From Phoronis australis (Eukaryota; Animalia; Phoronida): a stretch of 64,000 bases of DNA. Location: positions 145,827 through 209,826 of the forward strand of contig NMRA01000401.1 of the NCBI GenBank assembly GCA_002633005.1, written 5' to 3'. The position numbers and the translations under genes were made by a program. The number at the start of each line of letters is the position of its first letter. The stretch's first letter is position 1. The notes beneath the pieces are model-generated. The model ran no database searches. It saw only the letters and a program-made list of their open reading frames with translations, and was not told the DNA's origin. Positions 1 through 12,819 of this stretch are shown one piece after another.

Positions 1-3000
1 TCAGCATCATCCTTTTTCGCAACGATTTCGTCATGTTCAATAATACGGAGCGTTTTTCCATGGCAATTAAGTTTTTGACGAAGTCGGATTTTATCTGCAA
101 CACCACTTCCTCCACGACCTCTCTGACGTCATCATAGCTTTCGGATACTGAGATTTCATAAAAAGGACACTCCAGTTCGTGTGCATATTTTTCCAGGACT
201 TTATTCTCTACAAGTCTGTGGTGCGTTAAATCTGTTTTGTTGCCGACAAGAACCATCGGCGTACCCGGCGGTTTGTATTTGTCGATGCACCGTTTATATC
301 TGGACAGTTGCTGAAATGTGTTCGTATCTGTCACTGAGAACATGAGAATAAATCCATCGGCGGCCTTGACATTGGTCTCAAGAACGGCATCACAATCCTA
401 AAGAATATACAAGCTGATCAGCAACAATACCACTTAGAACCATATATAATGGAAATATAAAAGAAGAGAAAATTCAATTAGGGTACTTAATGGAACATTC
501 ACGTTTACGCGTAACACACGTGTACCCTCTGAAAATCTACTGCCATCTTAAGGTTACACCAGCAGCGATTATCGTCTTTTGCCGAAGTGTAACGAGGTGG
601 CCAGCTTCCTGTTTCATTTAAAGTTTTGTAGTAGCCTGGATAACTTCGGAGCAAAACATCTCAGGAATGACTGATTGGGTTCACATGAAACTTTGAGATA
701 ATATAATTTACGCTTTCGCTCACTGAAACGGTTTAAGGAATTGTTTTTCCCTTTTTACACGAGGGACTATCAAAAATATTTTTTTTTGAGATTTTCACAA
801 AACAACTAAATTACCTAAAACGAAAAAGAAACGATACTTTAGAAAACTAAGTTTTTGAGATCCCATCTTGAGCGTTTGCATCAAATAAAATTTGACCATG
901 GTATTGATACCGCTGCTTTACTATCAATGCTTTCTTTTTTCCTAAATTTTACTGTAAGATATGGTCACATGACCTAATTAGTGGTAGATTGATAAAAATA
1001 AAAATCAGTTTTGTAGATTTTTTGGCTAAAAACGCAGACTTGTCAATATAGACCTTATCTGCACCACCCTTTATCAGAGAAGTTCCGCAGTTGGCGATTT
1101 CAAAGGTGAGCGACGATGGCTGTTGTATTTATTAGATTCTTTTTGCTCACAATTGTTGACATTATTTTTTTTTCAACAAAGTCAACAAAAATGAGAAAAG
1201 TCGCCAAAAACTGTCTGTGTACCTCTTAAAGGCGAAGGCAACCTTTTTTTCATGTCATGTTTAGCAAAACTAAGGTTCGTTGATTATCCCAAACATATTT
1301 TTCACTTATTTACTGCTTTTCGTAATTTAATTAATTACTCGTCGTCTACTCCGGAAGTTACGTTTTGGGAGGCAAGTATTTCGCTTCAAATTCTTTTCAT
1401 ATAGTGTGACTTTGAGAGCAGTCGAGTCAGTCATTGTTCTACCTCTGTTGTGATAAATTCGGTCGTCGTTTGCTTTTGCGTACGAGTCAGTCAACATGTC
1501 TGGCTGTTGCTGCGTACTGGAGTGTACTCATTATCGTCTCACGTACGTAGGAAGAACTGTCCCGTTGTTGCCCGAGTGTCCCGCGACACACTCCCACTGG
1601 AGGGTGATCTGAGCACCCAAACTGCTTACATCCCGCCGTATTACTCCCTCGCCACACACCTGGCACCTTCCAAATAGCTCCAATACAAGTCCACAATAAA
1701 CTTATCAAACTTAGACTCACCGATCTGTTCATTGTATGACGAACTGTCCTCTTCACTGGGTGTCGAACAGGGCCTGTATTCACTCCCACTACTCAACATC
1801 GCTGCAGGGCTGGTTACAGGCTCTGGGCTAGAGACCGTGAACAGCACAGGGCGAATCACTACTAGTTCCCGGAATTGCACGCAATGGGGTACGTTCGGAG
1901 GCACGGGTGACAGTAGATGAAGTGTCTCCAGTCACTGTATAGTGGCCACAGCTCGCGAGGCTTCTCGCTTCAAAAACGCACTTCCCGGGGTTGGCGATGG
2001 GGCACTGCCGGGAATCAACAGCGACGGTATGGTACCCTTCTTCAGGTGTTGTTTCGCAGGAACCTTCATCAAATCAGCGTACATATCTGTCATAATCTGA
2101 CGGCAGAAAATGCTTGCTACACACTCGGTAACCCTCCACTGCTTTGTACGTTGCGTGGACGGGTAGCGCTGCGTTCTTCACATGAACGAGCTAGCCAAGT
2201 ACGGCGAAGTGTGAAAGCGACGCAAGGTACCCAAAGCGCGTGTGAGACGATAATGAGTACATCCCGGCACGCACCAACAGCGTGGCATGTTGACTAACTT
2301 GTAAACAAAAGCAAACGACGACCGAACTTATCACAAACGAGGTAGAACAATGACTGACTCGACAGCTCTCACAGTCAGAATATAATGAAAAGAAATTGGC
2401 GCGAAACTCTTGCCTCCCAAAACGTCACTTCCGGAGTATAGGACGAGAAATTAATCAAATTACGAAAAGCTGTAATTAAGTGAAAAATGTGTCTGGGATA
2501 ATCAACGAACCTTATTTTTGCTAAAAGTGACATGAAAAACGTTGCCTTCGCCTTTAACAACTCACCAAATAATGCTGGGAGAAATCGCCCACGAAACGTA
2601 TCCGACAATTCAATGAAGCGTACGGTGCAGAGAGACCACCAAAACAGTGAGCTACAAATTTTATGCGCGTAACATTTCATAAAACTAAAAGGTATTGCAA
2701 GAAGAGCTAAACGTTCAAAGATTGGACGCGTGCACATAGCTTACCTCTGAAGACGTGTCTAGTATGTCCAGGAGAAGGTCGTCCTTGCGGACGTTCACTC
2801 TCTGTGAATACAGTGTACCTGCATGGGAATGTCAAATTTCACACTAACCAATGAGTATGAATAGTTTCCCACGTTTTAGAGTGATTTTAAATAACTGTTT
2901 CATAAATAGGGTACTAGCATTTCAAAATCGGTTGCGTCGATTCGATATAGCATCACTTTCGATACCGAAGCCGGATACAACGTAAAGTAAACTTCGGACT

Positions 3001-4142
3001 TGTTTTGACTTTTACTCCGGGCACTAGACTGTATATTTTGACAGGATGATCGGGATGGGAAATGAGGATACCCAATACAATCTTAGCGAGTCGACAAGAT
3101 AAATAGATTCAGGATTGGTTTTCTTAGTATTTGCGAACTTGAGTTCGACTTCACGCTAGATTTGTTCCACGTCATAGTTGACTGATTTGGAACATAACGA
3201 GGCATGAAAGCATTTAATTACCCAAACTTTCAGTTTTCAAGGAATCGATTTTGGTACCAAGTTTTCGTTGTGATACTAAAACGGTATTTTTCGTTTCGGC
3301 GTTCGGGATAGCAGTGCACCGCGAACCAGTGCACGATCCTACTCCTAATGTTTACAGAAAATCGTAACGTGACTCGCGTACTTATAATATAGAGGTGATA
3401 AGGATGAACTAAATACATACACAATACTTTCCTCCTGGCTAGATACAAGAATTAATATGACTTCAAAAACAGCCTTCTGGTATTTTAATTTTGCCTGCAA
3501 CAAATGTCAGCTTTATTCCGTAAATTTTGTTCAGAGATAAAAAATACTTACATCTTTTTTGGTCATATTCTCCAATGAAACGCTTCGTCAGGTAACGTAC
3601 GACCAAGGCTGAAATAAGAGTGTGGCAGGTGAGTGCTGGTAACCCTAAAGAGTTCGCTCCCACTGTTTGGGTTGACAAAATTGAATTATAACAAATGCTC
3701 AAATTGAACATGACAAGTGAATTTCTTTGCTTCAAATTGAGTCTACTGGGCACTTACTGAACAGTGAACGTCTGCTGTGTAGCACTGGTTGGCGGGTTTT
3801 TATTCGAGTCTTTAATCGCCAACAGTCAACAGTCGCAAAAAAATTATTTATGACCAGAAGACCTTCGGACCAGAACCACGCAATTTATCCACGAGGCGTT
3901 GCATTGTGTCTCGAAGATGCAATAATCAGAAAGTTAGTGCTGGGCCACGTTCGGTAGACACAAGAATTTGGGGAGTAAAGTTAGTGCGATCACGTGCTTT
4001 TGTTTGTAATGTATGGAAACGTCTCGTGAAGTCTTGCGTGAACTTGCGTTTTCTTGAGTTTCTTGGATTACTAACCTGTCTTTCCAACCTTAGACCCACC
4101 CAGGATGGCTAATTTTGCTTTGGATAACTTTCGGTGAGACAT
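1..4142 (-). CDS. RERG/RERGL-like Ras-family small GTPase (3' end runs off the window)
   Basis: Exons 4142-4076, 3608-3552, 2818-2745 and 397-<1, all GT-AG and in phase. Translation: MSHRKLSKAKLAILGGSKVGKTALVVRYLTKRFIGEYDQKRCTLYSQRVNVRKDDLLLDILDTSSEDCDAVLETNVKAADGFILMFSVTD...MVLVGNKTDLTHHRLV...FYEISVSESYDDV... The P-loop GGSKVGKT, the motif LVVRYLTKRFIGEY and G4 NKTD are typical of RERG/RASL11/RASL12. A probable 5'UTR exon ends at 4246. Confidence 0.9.
1230..2553. mobile_element. Kolobok-like non-autonomous DNA transposon with ~310-bp inverted arms and a decayed THAP domain
   Basis: TTAA on both sides (1226-1229, 2554-2557) and termini AGGCGAAGGCAAC...GTTGCCTTCGCCT. 1230-~1543 is an inverted copy of ~2241-2553. 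The minus strand ~2288-2018 gives frameshifted THAP pieces MPRCWCVPGCTH, RVCSKHFLPSDY and LKKGTIPSL. A TTAA target duplication, purine-purine termini and THAP fit Kolobok. Confidence 0.8.
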
Positions 4143-7100
4143 CCTGCAAAACAGAAGTAAGACATTTCAAACAAAAAACATAAAAAAGAACAAATTCATC
4201 ACGCCGAAGACTTTTTCTAAATAAAACGACAGAAACCAAACCTACCTCGTTATCCTTTCAAATGTTCTTGTTGGCAGTTTTCAGATTTAAGATCCAATGC
4301 GTGAGTTTTGAGTGCGTCGTTCCTTTCTTCAGGTGTCAGTGGGCCTGAAAATTTAACGACAATAGGATTGTTTTTCGTTTCTTATCTCTCCGGTTTACAG
4401 CTTAGTCTGCCTCTGGCACCTCAAGCTTGTCCGGTTGAGACTTTTATTGAATTCGCATATCTCTAGAAAACTGGGTCGGAAAAACATAAACAAAATTGTA
4501 AATCAGAAATTTCGCCGCTCTAAACATCACCTTCCACGACACCCTTTGGACAAGGATCCGGTTCTAAACTTTTGTTATTTTCAAATAAAACCTGTCAGCT
4601 CGTTTTCAAAGTGTCTGATGCGATAACTTACTTGCGTTACATGTATATACAAAGGGTTGCCAAGATATCCAACTGTGGTGAACCTACATTGAAAACAACA
4701 GTTCTGTGTTGTTGCAAATTGAATTCAAGACAGATGACGGCAAAGATTGATGCGACGTAGAACAGATTACGCTTTCAGCTGCGAGTGGGGGAATAAGAAA
4801 ATGAATAGACCACATGTAGCACTTAACATGTGGATAAAACAGCATGTTTGCACCTAGTCATTGCGTAAACCGATTTCTCAACAAGAGAGTTAGCTCAGTA
4901 GTTCCGTAGACCTACGTTCGCTGATTCGGCCTTCTAAGTGGGGAACAATACTAGTTTCAGTTCGCATAGCGAGTTTCCTCATGGTTAGCAAGAAAACGTC
5001 ATCACGTATTCAGTGTAACGTGCATGATATCAAAATAATTGGGCTAATTAGGAACAAACTCTTTGCCAAATCGTGTTAATTGTCGCTCTAAAGATCTCTA
5101 AGTTAACTCTCAGACAGACAATTCCGAAATATGCACAGTGGCAAGCACTGAATAACGGCTTTTTACATTCTTACTCTGAAGAGCTTCTCGACAATACCAA
5201 ACTCATTATAATATATAAGGTTTCTAGCTCAATATATAGAGATCACTGCGGATTTGGTCAGTCCCTTTTCAAAGATACTTAACAAAAATAGTAACAAAAC
5301 TTTATTCCAGCAAGCAACATTCGTGTACATCTATCACAGGGATTTCTTTGTCCCTTTTTCAAAGCAATTGCTTACAGTATAAAAGTTACGACAAACAAAC
5401 AAAACAACGATTTATTACAAGAGGTCAAGTTGATCACGTTTATAAAATAATAAAATCGGTTGTGCATTCGTTTTGCAGAAAATTTAGCGTTGCTGAAATG
5501 TCGATTTGTAATTAATTTCACAGGCTCAGATCTTTTTGGAGGCACTGAACGGATATGACCCTTGCTTCAAGCCTATCTAGCCAAGGGTAACTGAATTCAA
5601 CAAATTTAGAAATGCAATCAAATGTTATAAATTAATCGGCACACACAGTAATTCATACTCGATTTACAGACTTCGAAAATTTACAACTATATTACCTTTA
5701 TAGTCAGTCTCTGACGATGGCACTTTATTTATTTCTTATCCTGACAAGCAGCTAGCCAGCTGTAAACAGGCACATTATACTGTACATGAACATGTACGTG
5801 CCGTAAACCATATGATGTCCAGAGTGACGTCACACACAGTTCAATATTACGAAAAACCTTTCAGTGCTCTCAGGACAACATGTTTAGCCGACAAATTATC
5901 TCGACGCGATAAACGTGCAACTTGAAAAACACGATTTGGTTGGCCACGTATGCTATGAAAACAAACTTGGTCACAGAACTAACTAAACCTAATTTCATGC
6001 CATTAAATTTTGCACACCCCGAAGATAGTTTTGTAGTGAATGGTTGCGCCGTTTCGTTCTCTTAAGTATTACGTCTAATGCGCTGCGTTGGGAACTAATA
6101 ACAATCAATTACATCTCTGTTGGTGGTTATAGTGATTCAAATGAATTTTTACATTACTGAGGACTTACGTTCGGTGCAATGGAATTTTTTCAGCAGCAAG
6201 CTGTCGTCATACGCCGCCCAGGCGCCTCGGCCTCCTGCAAGTGAAACAACACGAATGTGCTGCTGTCGATGTCGTAACAGCACATAGTTGCGAGACCCAA
6301 ATTTGGCGAATGCGACAAGAAAATTTCATATTAAAGGCATTTTCTGTATGTTATCCATAGCAAAGGATCGTGATATTTGATCTGTACAAAAATCCCAAGA
6401 ACACATGTTTATGGATTATCTAACAATAATCGCGGGATCAAATTTTTCCGGGAAACCCGACTATTTCCTTTTCGCGATTATTGTCAAAGACCTCTCGACG
6501 GTCTGTTGTTCTGAAAGGATGCAAGAACACGTGGTCGTTTTTGTACTGGCATCAAAGATTATTGCGAAAATTTTGGTTTAAATTTCAATTTTAGCTGCCT
6601 TATTCGCCAAATTCGGATCCAGCAACTTCAGAATTGTTTTGGTACAAAAATATGTTTAAAAAATACAATTTAGCCGCAATTTAAGTCCACCTCTCAGCAT
6701 TTGAACGAATGTTTGCTACCTTTTCAGAAAATAGTTTGAATTTCCTTTCACACCAACAGCAGAGGAAAATAATTTCCAAAAATAAAATTTCCAAAAATAA
6801 TACCAGCAAATGACTATGTCGTTCTGTTACCAGGTATTTGAGATTATGTGAGTGTTAATAAAACCATTGATAACGATAGACATCGCAAATTATGTGATCC
6901 TTACGTTTAAACATTGCGTAACCCTTTTGATAATCAAATTCGCTACTGTAAATCCAGGAACCGCACATATTCACGCGCACTAGTCTAGTTTTTCTAAGGT
7001 GTATTTATTATCTTGCAAAATCTTGTTAAATACGCCTTGTTGACATTTCTTAGGTAATTTATTAGAGCAATCCTAATCAAAATGACATCCAGGTTAAAAA

Positions 7101-7583
7101 TACATTCGCCACCATTCTAATCACGATATATGTTCGGTGGAGTGTGCGTTATCGTTGAGTAAATATTTCCTTCTGGGCAGCGTTTCAATTTGAGAAATAA
7201 TTCCAGAAATTTTCACCTGGAAAACTCAGCCACCAATGTACTATACCTAGGACGAACATGAACTCGCAGACATCTGGCAAGCCAAGCTAACGAGAATTCT
7301 TGTTCGGTTTATTTGCACGAGTCTCCGCACCTCACTAATTATTGGGGGTTCTGTTTGTGAAGAGTTTTAACAACGACGCAAGATTGAAGTCACGATATTG
7401 CTAACAAATACTTAATAAATATAAAAACGTTGTCAATCATAGTTCGGAAATAAATAAATTAAATTTCTTAAGTCGACAAACCAATTCTATTTTACTAAGA
7501 AAACGGCGTCTGACAACACTATAACGTCAACGATTTCATTTGTCGATCTACTTACTTTTACTCGCGTAGTCAACCAGAAAAAG

Positions 7584-7725
7584 GCCACTGACAGCCTAGC
7601 AAACAGTCATTATCTGATCCCTTAATTCTTGCCAATGACAGCCTTAACAAACAGTCAGTAACTGATCCCTTAATTCTTGCCAATGACAGCCTTAACAAGC
7701 AGCCAGTATCTGATCCTTAATTCTT
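7584..7725. repeat. Minisatellite, ~48-bp unit x3
   Basis: Three diverged copies of GCCAATGACAGCCTTAACAAACAGTCAGTAACTGATCCCTTAATTCTT. Confidence 0.85.
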
Positions 7726-8774
7726 CGTTGCAGACTGCGCTGTTGATAAGTTCATGAAAGTTCACCAAAGCACGTCGGCCTCTTTTAAGTCTGGATTTTT
7801 TTCTCGGCCACGCATGTAGTCGATGAATTAATCAGCGGCTCCTGACGCAATGTCACTAACACTTACAGATGCATTGTACGCTACTAATCCGACATCTGTT
7901 GAACAGTTTTCATTCTAACTTCTTCTGTGAATAGACCAAAGCGATCGCTGAGTGCGCAGCAGCGCTAGGAGTTGTACCAACGTTAACCTGCCAATTACAG
8001 GGAATTACAGGCTTTTCAGGAGTTAGAGTACATGATCTCACAGTTTAATTCGATATTAATGGGCCATTAACGGCTTATGTTCTTGTTTTGATGTTGGTTG
8101 TCGTTAGTAAACAGACTGCTTACCGTAGAATCAGCTAAGGCGTCCTCCTTGTTAGAAGTTATAGATTTTGACTGGCCCAGGCTCTAACACGGCGTACGAA
8201 CTAGAAGTGTTTAACAATTCTTTTGGAGCTACGTACGCATCCGTTGGTTTACTGCGCAATCAACGAAGTCTCTATGTTGTCAATCGTGAACGCAATGCAC
8301 AGAAGTCCCTATCTTGCCGTTATCTGGATACAGGGGCGTAACTTCTGTGGGATGTCGGAAGTGTGACAATTTCAGTAATAGTCGATTTGCTTGGACACAC
8401 AAAACAGAAGTTTGGCAAGGGAAGAACAAGTGGGGCAAGAGGTCCGTTCAATTCATTGTTCCGAATTTGAGAGCTTTGAAAAAATGGTTCACTTGTGCTT
8501 TTGTTTGTCTGTGATAAATTTGCCTTACCGTTTGAGAGGCAGGATTTATTTGTATGATTAAGTTTTGTTGAGATTTTTCCTCACACTAGTTTTTTCATGA
8601 GGTGTTCTGCGTAAATATGAAAGAGGTATGCCATTACCGTTTAAGCTAGAGTTTTCGTGCAGCAATTAAAAAATAATAGCTGGCGGTCTGGTACACGATG
8701 TGCCAGACGTCCGCAAGCCGCTCAGATAGGCCCATTCCAATGTTCACCCATAAGCATTAATTTTTATTAGGCTT

Positions 8775-9098
8775 TATTAAACAGGAAACTGGAACCCCGG
8801 TGTAAAACAGATATCCCGGATTCGAAAACAGACCCCTGCACATTCAAAACAACTAACCAACCCGCAAAACAGGAACCCCGACGTTTAAAAACAGTTATCC
8901 CGGGGATCGGACAGGAATCCCGGAATGTTTTTTTTCGGTCCAGGGGTTTCCTGTCAAACCCCGGGATTCCTGTTTTAAACGTTGGGCTTCCTGTTTTTCG
9001 GGCTGGTTATTTGTTTTGAATGGGCAGGAGTCTATTTTCGACTGGGGGATATCTATTTTACACCGGGGTTCCTGTTTCGATGGAACACCCTGTTAATA
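8775..9098. mobile_element. Foldback/MITE-like imperfect inverted repeat (~320 bp)
   Basis: Left arm GGAACCCCGGTGTAAAACAGATATCCC...ATTCAAAACAA...ACGTTTAAAAACAG..ATCCCGGGG mirrors right arm CCCCGGGATTCCTGTTTTAAACGT...TTGTTTTGAAT...GGGATATCTATTTTACACCGGGGTTCC. Confidence 0.75.
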
Positions 9099-9223
9099 CA
9101 TAGTTAAAACTGAGCTGAGTAGCCGGAGACTGACTCACAGGTCTAGAAGTGTGCCCTGGAGGGACTTGAACCCACGACCTTGAGTAAAGATAGCGCACAC
9201 TTACCCCTCTAGGCCACGGTGCC
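9099..9223 (-). mobile_element. tRNA-derived SINE (head 9223-9151)
   Basis: Reverse complement reads GGCACCGTGGCCTAGAGGGGTAAG...GGTCGTGGGTTCAAGTCCCTCCAGGGCAC, with Pol III A box and B box at tRNA spacing. Acceptor and anticodon stems do not pair, so it is not a functional tRNA. Confidence 0.65.
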
Positions 9224-9500
9224 TCCTCTCGTGCCGCGAGACTTGCTAAGTCTTGCTAACTGACTAGCTTCACATCAACTTGTTTCAACAAATTGCGTTC
9301 TAAATGAAACGAAGTAGGTTTGTCAGCGAAAAGGTAGGAGGAAATGCAATTTTTAATGCAACAAGTTTTAAATCAACGAATGGCAGGGTTACAATCTATT
9401 TTCGGATGAGCGCAATTAATACCACAGAGAATGTGCGCACCCAGGGAGGGGGTTGGGCTCGGGAAGCTTGAACGACCCCCTCCCCCCCGGCACCCCATTT

Positions 9501-9653
9501 CAGTGGCGGATTTATGAGGGGAGGGGGCCAAGTACATGTAAAATTCTCACAGATTCCGTTTGGCAGGTCGGGGGTGCGAATGTCTGACGGGCAAAATCCT
9601 GGCTAATACTCTTCCGTGGACCCTCCCAACTCAAAATCCTGGATCCGCCCCTG
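9501..9653 (+). mobile_element. hAT5-like MITE (CAG...CTG termini, 5-bp target duplication)
   Basis: Terminal inverted repeats CAGTGGCGGATT / GGATCCGCCCCTG flanked by CATTT on both sides. The core GGCAAAATCCTGGCTAATACTCT is shared with copies at ~9862-10008 (inverted), ~34894-35052 and 42610-42764. Confidence 0.75.
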
Positions 9654-9861
9654 CATTTGGCGAAGTGGGCAAAAAGGTCAGGCTCAGCAAAATAAATGTC
9701 CGAAAAAAGTAGAAAACGTGACAAAAGTCAACTAAAGGGCAGGAACTACCAAAACTCGGCAAATGCCCAATTCATAGATCTGAACGTACCCCGTTTTTCT
9801 TAGTAAAAGGTAACAAAAATGCGAGTCCACCATTTTTAGCCTAGGTGTGCGCATGCAGAGG

Positions 9862-10008
9862 CAGAGGCGTATCCAGGATTTTGAGTCACAGGGAAGGGGG
9901 GGGCAGGGCAGAGTATTACCCAGGATTTTGCCCGTCACACATTCGCACCCCGAACTACCAAATAGAATCTGGCATGGCCCCCATGTCCCCCTTCTAAATC
10001 CTCCACTG
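9862..10008 (-). mobile_element. Second, inverted copy of the hAT5-like MITE
   Basis: CAGAGGCGTATCCAGGATTTTGAG...AGAGTATTACCCAGGATTTTGCCCGTCA...TAAATCCTCCACTG is a reverse-complement match to 9501-9653. Confidence 0.7.
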
Positions 10009-12639
10009 AAGGGTAAGTCGATGGTACTATATTTTTATACTCATGGTATAAACAAAAATGAAGTTAAATTTATATTCAGTTTTAGTCTTGCTGTGACGAT
10101 ATCAGATAAAAGCTTCTTAACACTGAAAGAAACATTGGTGCCGTCACCATGCATAAGCGAAACTGTCGAGACGGATATCTGCTCTGTTCGGTGTAGCGTA
10201 AATTCAATATCCCGTTTTTTATAATTTGAATGTTGGCAACTATAGGAAACTTCGGCGGTGGCCTAAAGATGACATCGCGCGTTCCCCTTTAATTATCTCG
10301 AGATCTCGAGATAATTTAGACGGGTTCTAGAGATCCCCAGATAATAAAGTCGGGATCTCGAGATACAGAGATAATTAAAAAAGAAAAGCATCTTCGAGCC
10401 ACCGTTCATTTCAACGTTATAATTTGTCAAAATTTTAGAGGTTTAAGAAAATAGTAGTTGTAACAAACACACTTAGGGCTCGGGCCTCTAACACAAATCA
10501 ACATCAACATAAACATATAATTTCAACCAAACCAGCCATTAAGACGTTGTTTTTGTAAGAATTGTAATTTTTACTTGGTAAACCAAAGTCCCGTTCAACG
10601 TAGTTGTCATGACAACAATGGATAATAAAGCGTGAATATTGCAAATTTTGTTATTTCGCGCAGTTTCCACATTATCGCTGGTGATAATGTCACTTTCGTC
10701 AAAAATATTTCCCGTTATCAAACCAAAAAGTGCACTTATTGTTAAAAATAAAGTTCTGAAAACAAACAAAACAAGGTAATTGGTACACTGTCGGTTGTGA
10801 AAGCGCAAACAGAATGATTCATGAATAAAATGTCTTTAAAAAAACAACAACAAAAATTCCTGAAAGAAACTTTTTTGTATTTTGTCATTATAAAACGATT
10901 TACAATTTCCTCGTTACAACACGACAAGTGCGAATTGTTCGTCTTACACGTACCTTTCATTTTGATATAAACAAATTATAACGCTTCCTTTGATAACCTA
11001 CCTCATTACTAAAAAGTCACCGCAATATTTCAGTAACTAGGTGACAACGCACCAATTACATGTACCAGACAGAGATCCCACCCACTAGCTTCCGCCAATG
11101 ACATACCTGGCAAAATTAAAATCAATAAAAATGAACTCTTCAAAATCAGTTACTCCATGAAAATTCATTGGACTAGGTTATTAACCTATATAAATTGTCC
11201 ACATCGTCCTCACCAGTCGGCGTCATTGTCACTATAATTGTTATTTTTAATGTTCCTATAGGAACAGTTCAAGGCAGTGAGATATTAATCGGAAGTTACC
11301 GTTTCATAAAAGGAGAGCTAATACAAATCACAGTTAGCCGAGTTCAAATGACTCGTATTTCCCGACGGTTCGTTTCTATACTAAGTATTGCATGATATCA
11401 ACGGACTAGATCGCTTATTTATCAGCCATTCGAGGGTACTACGCAGCGCTGATGTGAATTCGCACGCACACAGATTGAAGTGACAGTTTAAGTGCCTTTA
11501 ATCTAATCCCTTCGATATCACGCACAGATATTTGATGTGCGTGGATGCTTTACGATTTCGTAATACATTAATGTGCAACTGCGCAACAACTTTAAGTGGT
11601 TCTTGCAACTACTGACATCTGTCGTTGTCGGCTGCACTCTCAGTCACGCTCCGTTACTTCAATTCTCAAACTTCTTGTAGACGGAATGTACAGTAATCAA
11701 AATGTCCAAAGACCCTTTTTGACCAAAACCAAGAAAATTTCAGATTACGTACATTGTACCTCAATTCCTTGTGAACTGAGGTTTATTTTGTATTGGACGT
11801 TATTTCTGATACGTGCAAGGGGGGGGGGTTACGAATTCACATGGTCCGGAGGTTTCATGGTTGTAACGTACTTGCAATCAAGTTTTCTACGAAAATCATC
11901 AAGAAAAACAAATGAACAATCGACCTCTAAAAACTTCAACAAAATTACTTGGTTATCGGACTTTAACCTTCGCCACCACCAGTGACAATGCAACACCCTC
12001 ATCAATTACCGCACTTCTCTGGGTTAGAACCCGGGGGCTTGAATTAGGAAATTAAAAATAACGAAAAGCGTCAAACCGAGCTTTTTAAGAAGCAGGGCTT
12101 GGAATGACCAAGGACAAAACAGAGGGAAATTTTTCAGGTAATGTATCGTTCCACATATAAATAAGTTTGTATTCAAGTTTTGTGTTGTAAAATTTAAATG
12201 AATAAACGTTTTTTGCATGAATACAGTAAAAAAAATGATAAAAGGAGACAAAAAAGGAAAACTGGAAATCAAAAAGAGAAAATCAAAACCAAAAAAGAGG
12301 AAATCCTCTTAAGAGGAAAATTCCAAGCCCTGAAGCCGGAAGTGAGGGATGGCCATTCACCGAAAGGTCCATTCGCTCATCACCAATTTTTGCACACAAG
12401 TGCAGTAATAGTTTAATATGTGCACGACCCAAAAGATCGTCATAGATCGATTTAGGGGAAGGCGGGGGCAGGGTTGCACGAAGTCCCTTACTGACATGAC
12501 ACCCGCAAACGTTATCCAGCATGCTCATTATGGGACTACCCGATGAATTTTCCATAGACAATTATGGTTGCCAACCGTTCTTTCAGGAAGAAGTTGGGTT
12601 TTCCCGTCCGAATATGACAAGGTACCCCTGATACTGACA

Positions 12640-12819
12640 ATTGACCTATCGCCAGGATTTTGAGTGACGACTTAGTAACTGACCATTTAGAACGCATCAT
12701 TATTGACACACCTTCGTTTCCAAGCCGCCATTTTACCCGACAAACAACACGTTGCACGTTAAAACTTATTGTTTGTTAGTCGACATTATGCAAGAGGGCG
12801 GAGCTTGCGACAGGTCAAT
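12640..12819. mobile_element. ~180-bp MITE, second copy at ~22068-22250
   Basis: Inverted termini ATTGACCTATCGC / GCGACAGGTCAAT. The interior (CAGGATTTTGAGTGACG...CCGCCATTTTACCC...GGCGGAGCTTGCGA) recurs in ALKBH3 intron 1. Confidence 0.7.

Noticed and set aside
548-1229. Second TTAA-flanked Kolobok-like element adjacent to 1230
   Set aside because: The termini GGTTACAC and GTGTACCTC match too poorly to call.
9151-9223. tRNA gene
   Set aside because: A and B boxes are present but the acceptor and anticodon stems do not pair, so it is treated as a SINE head.
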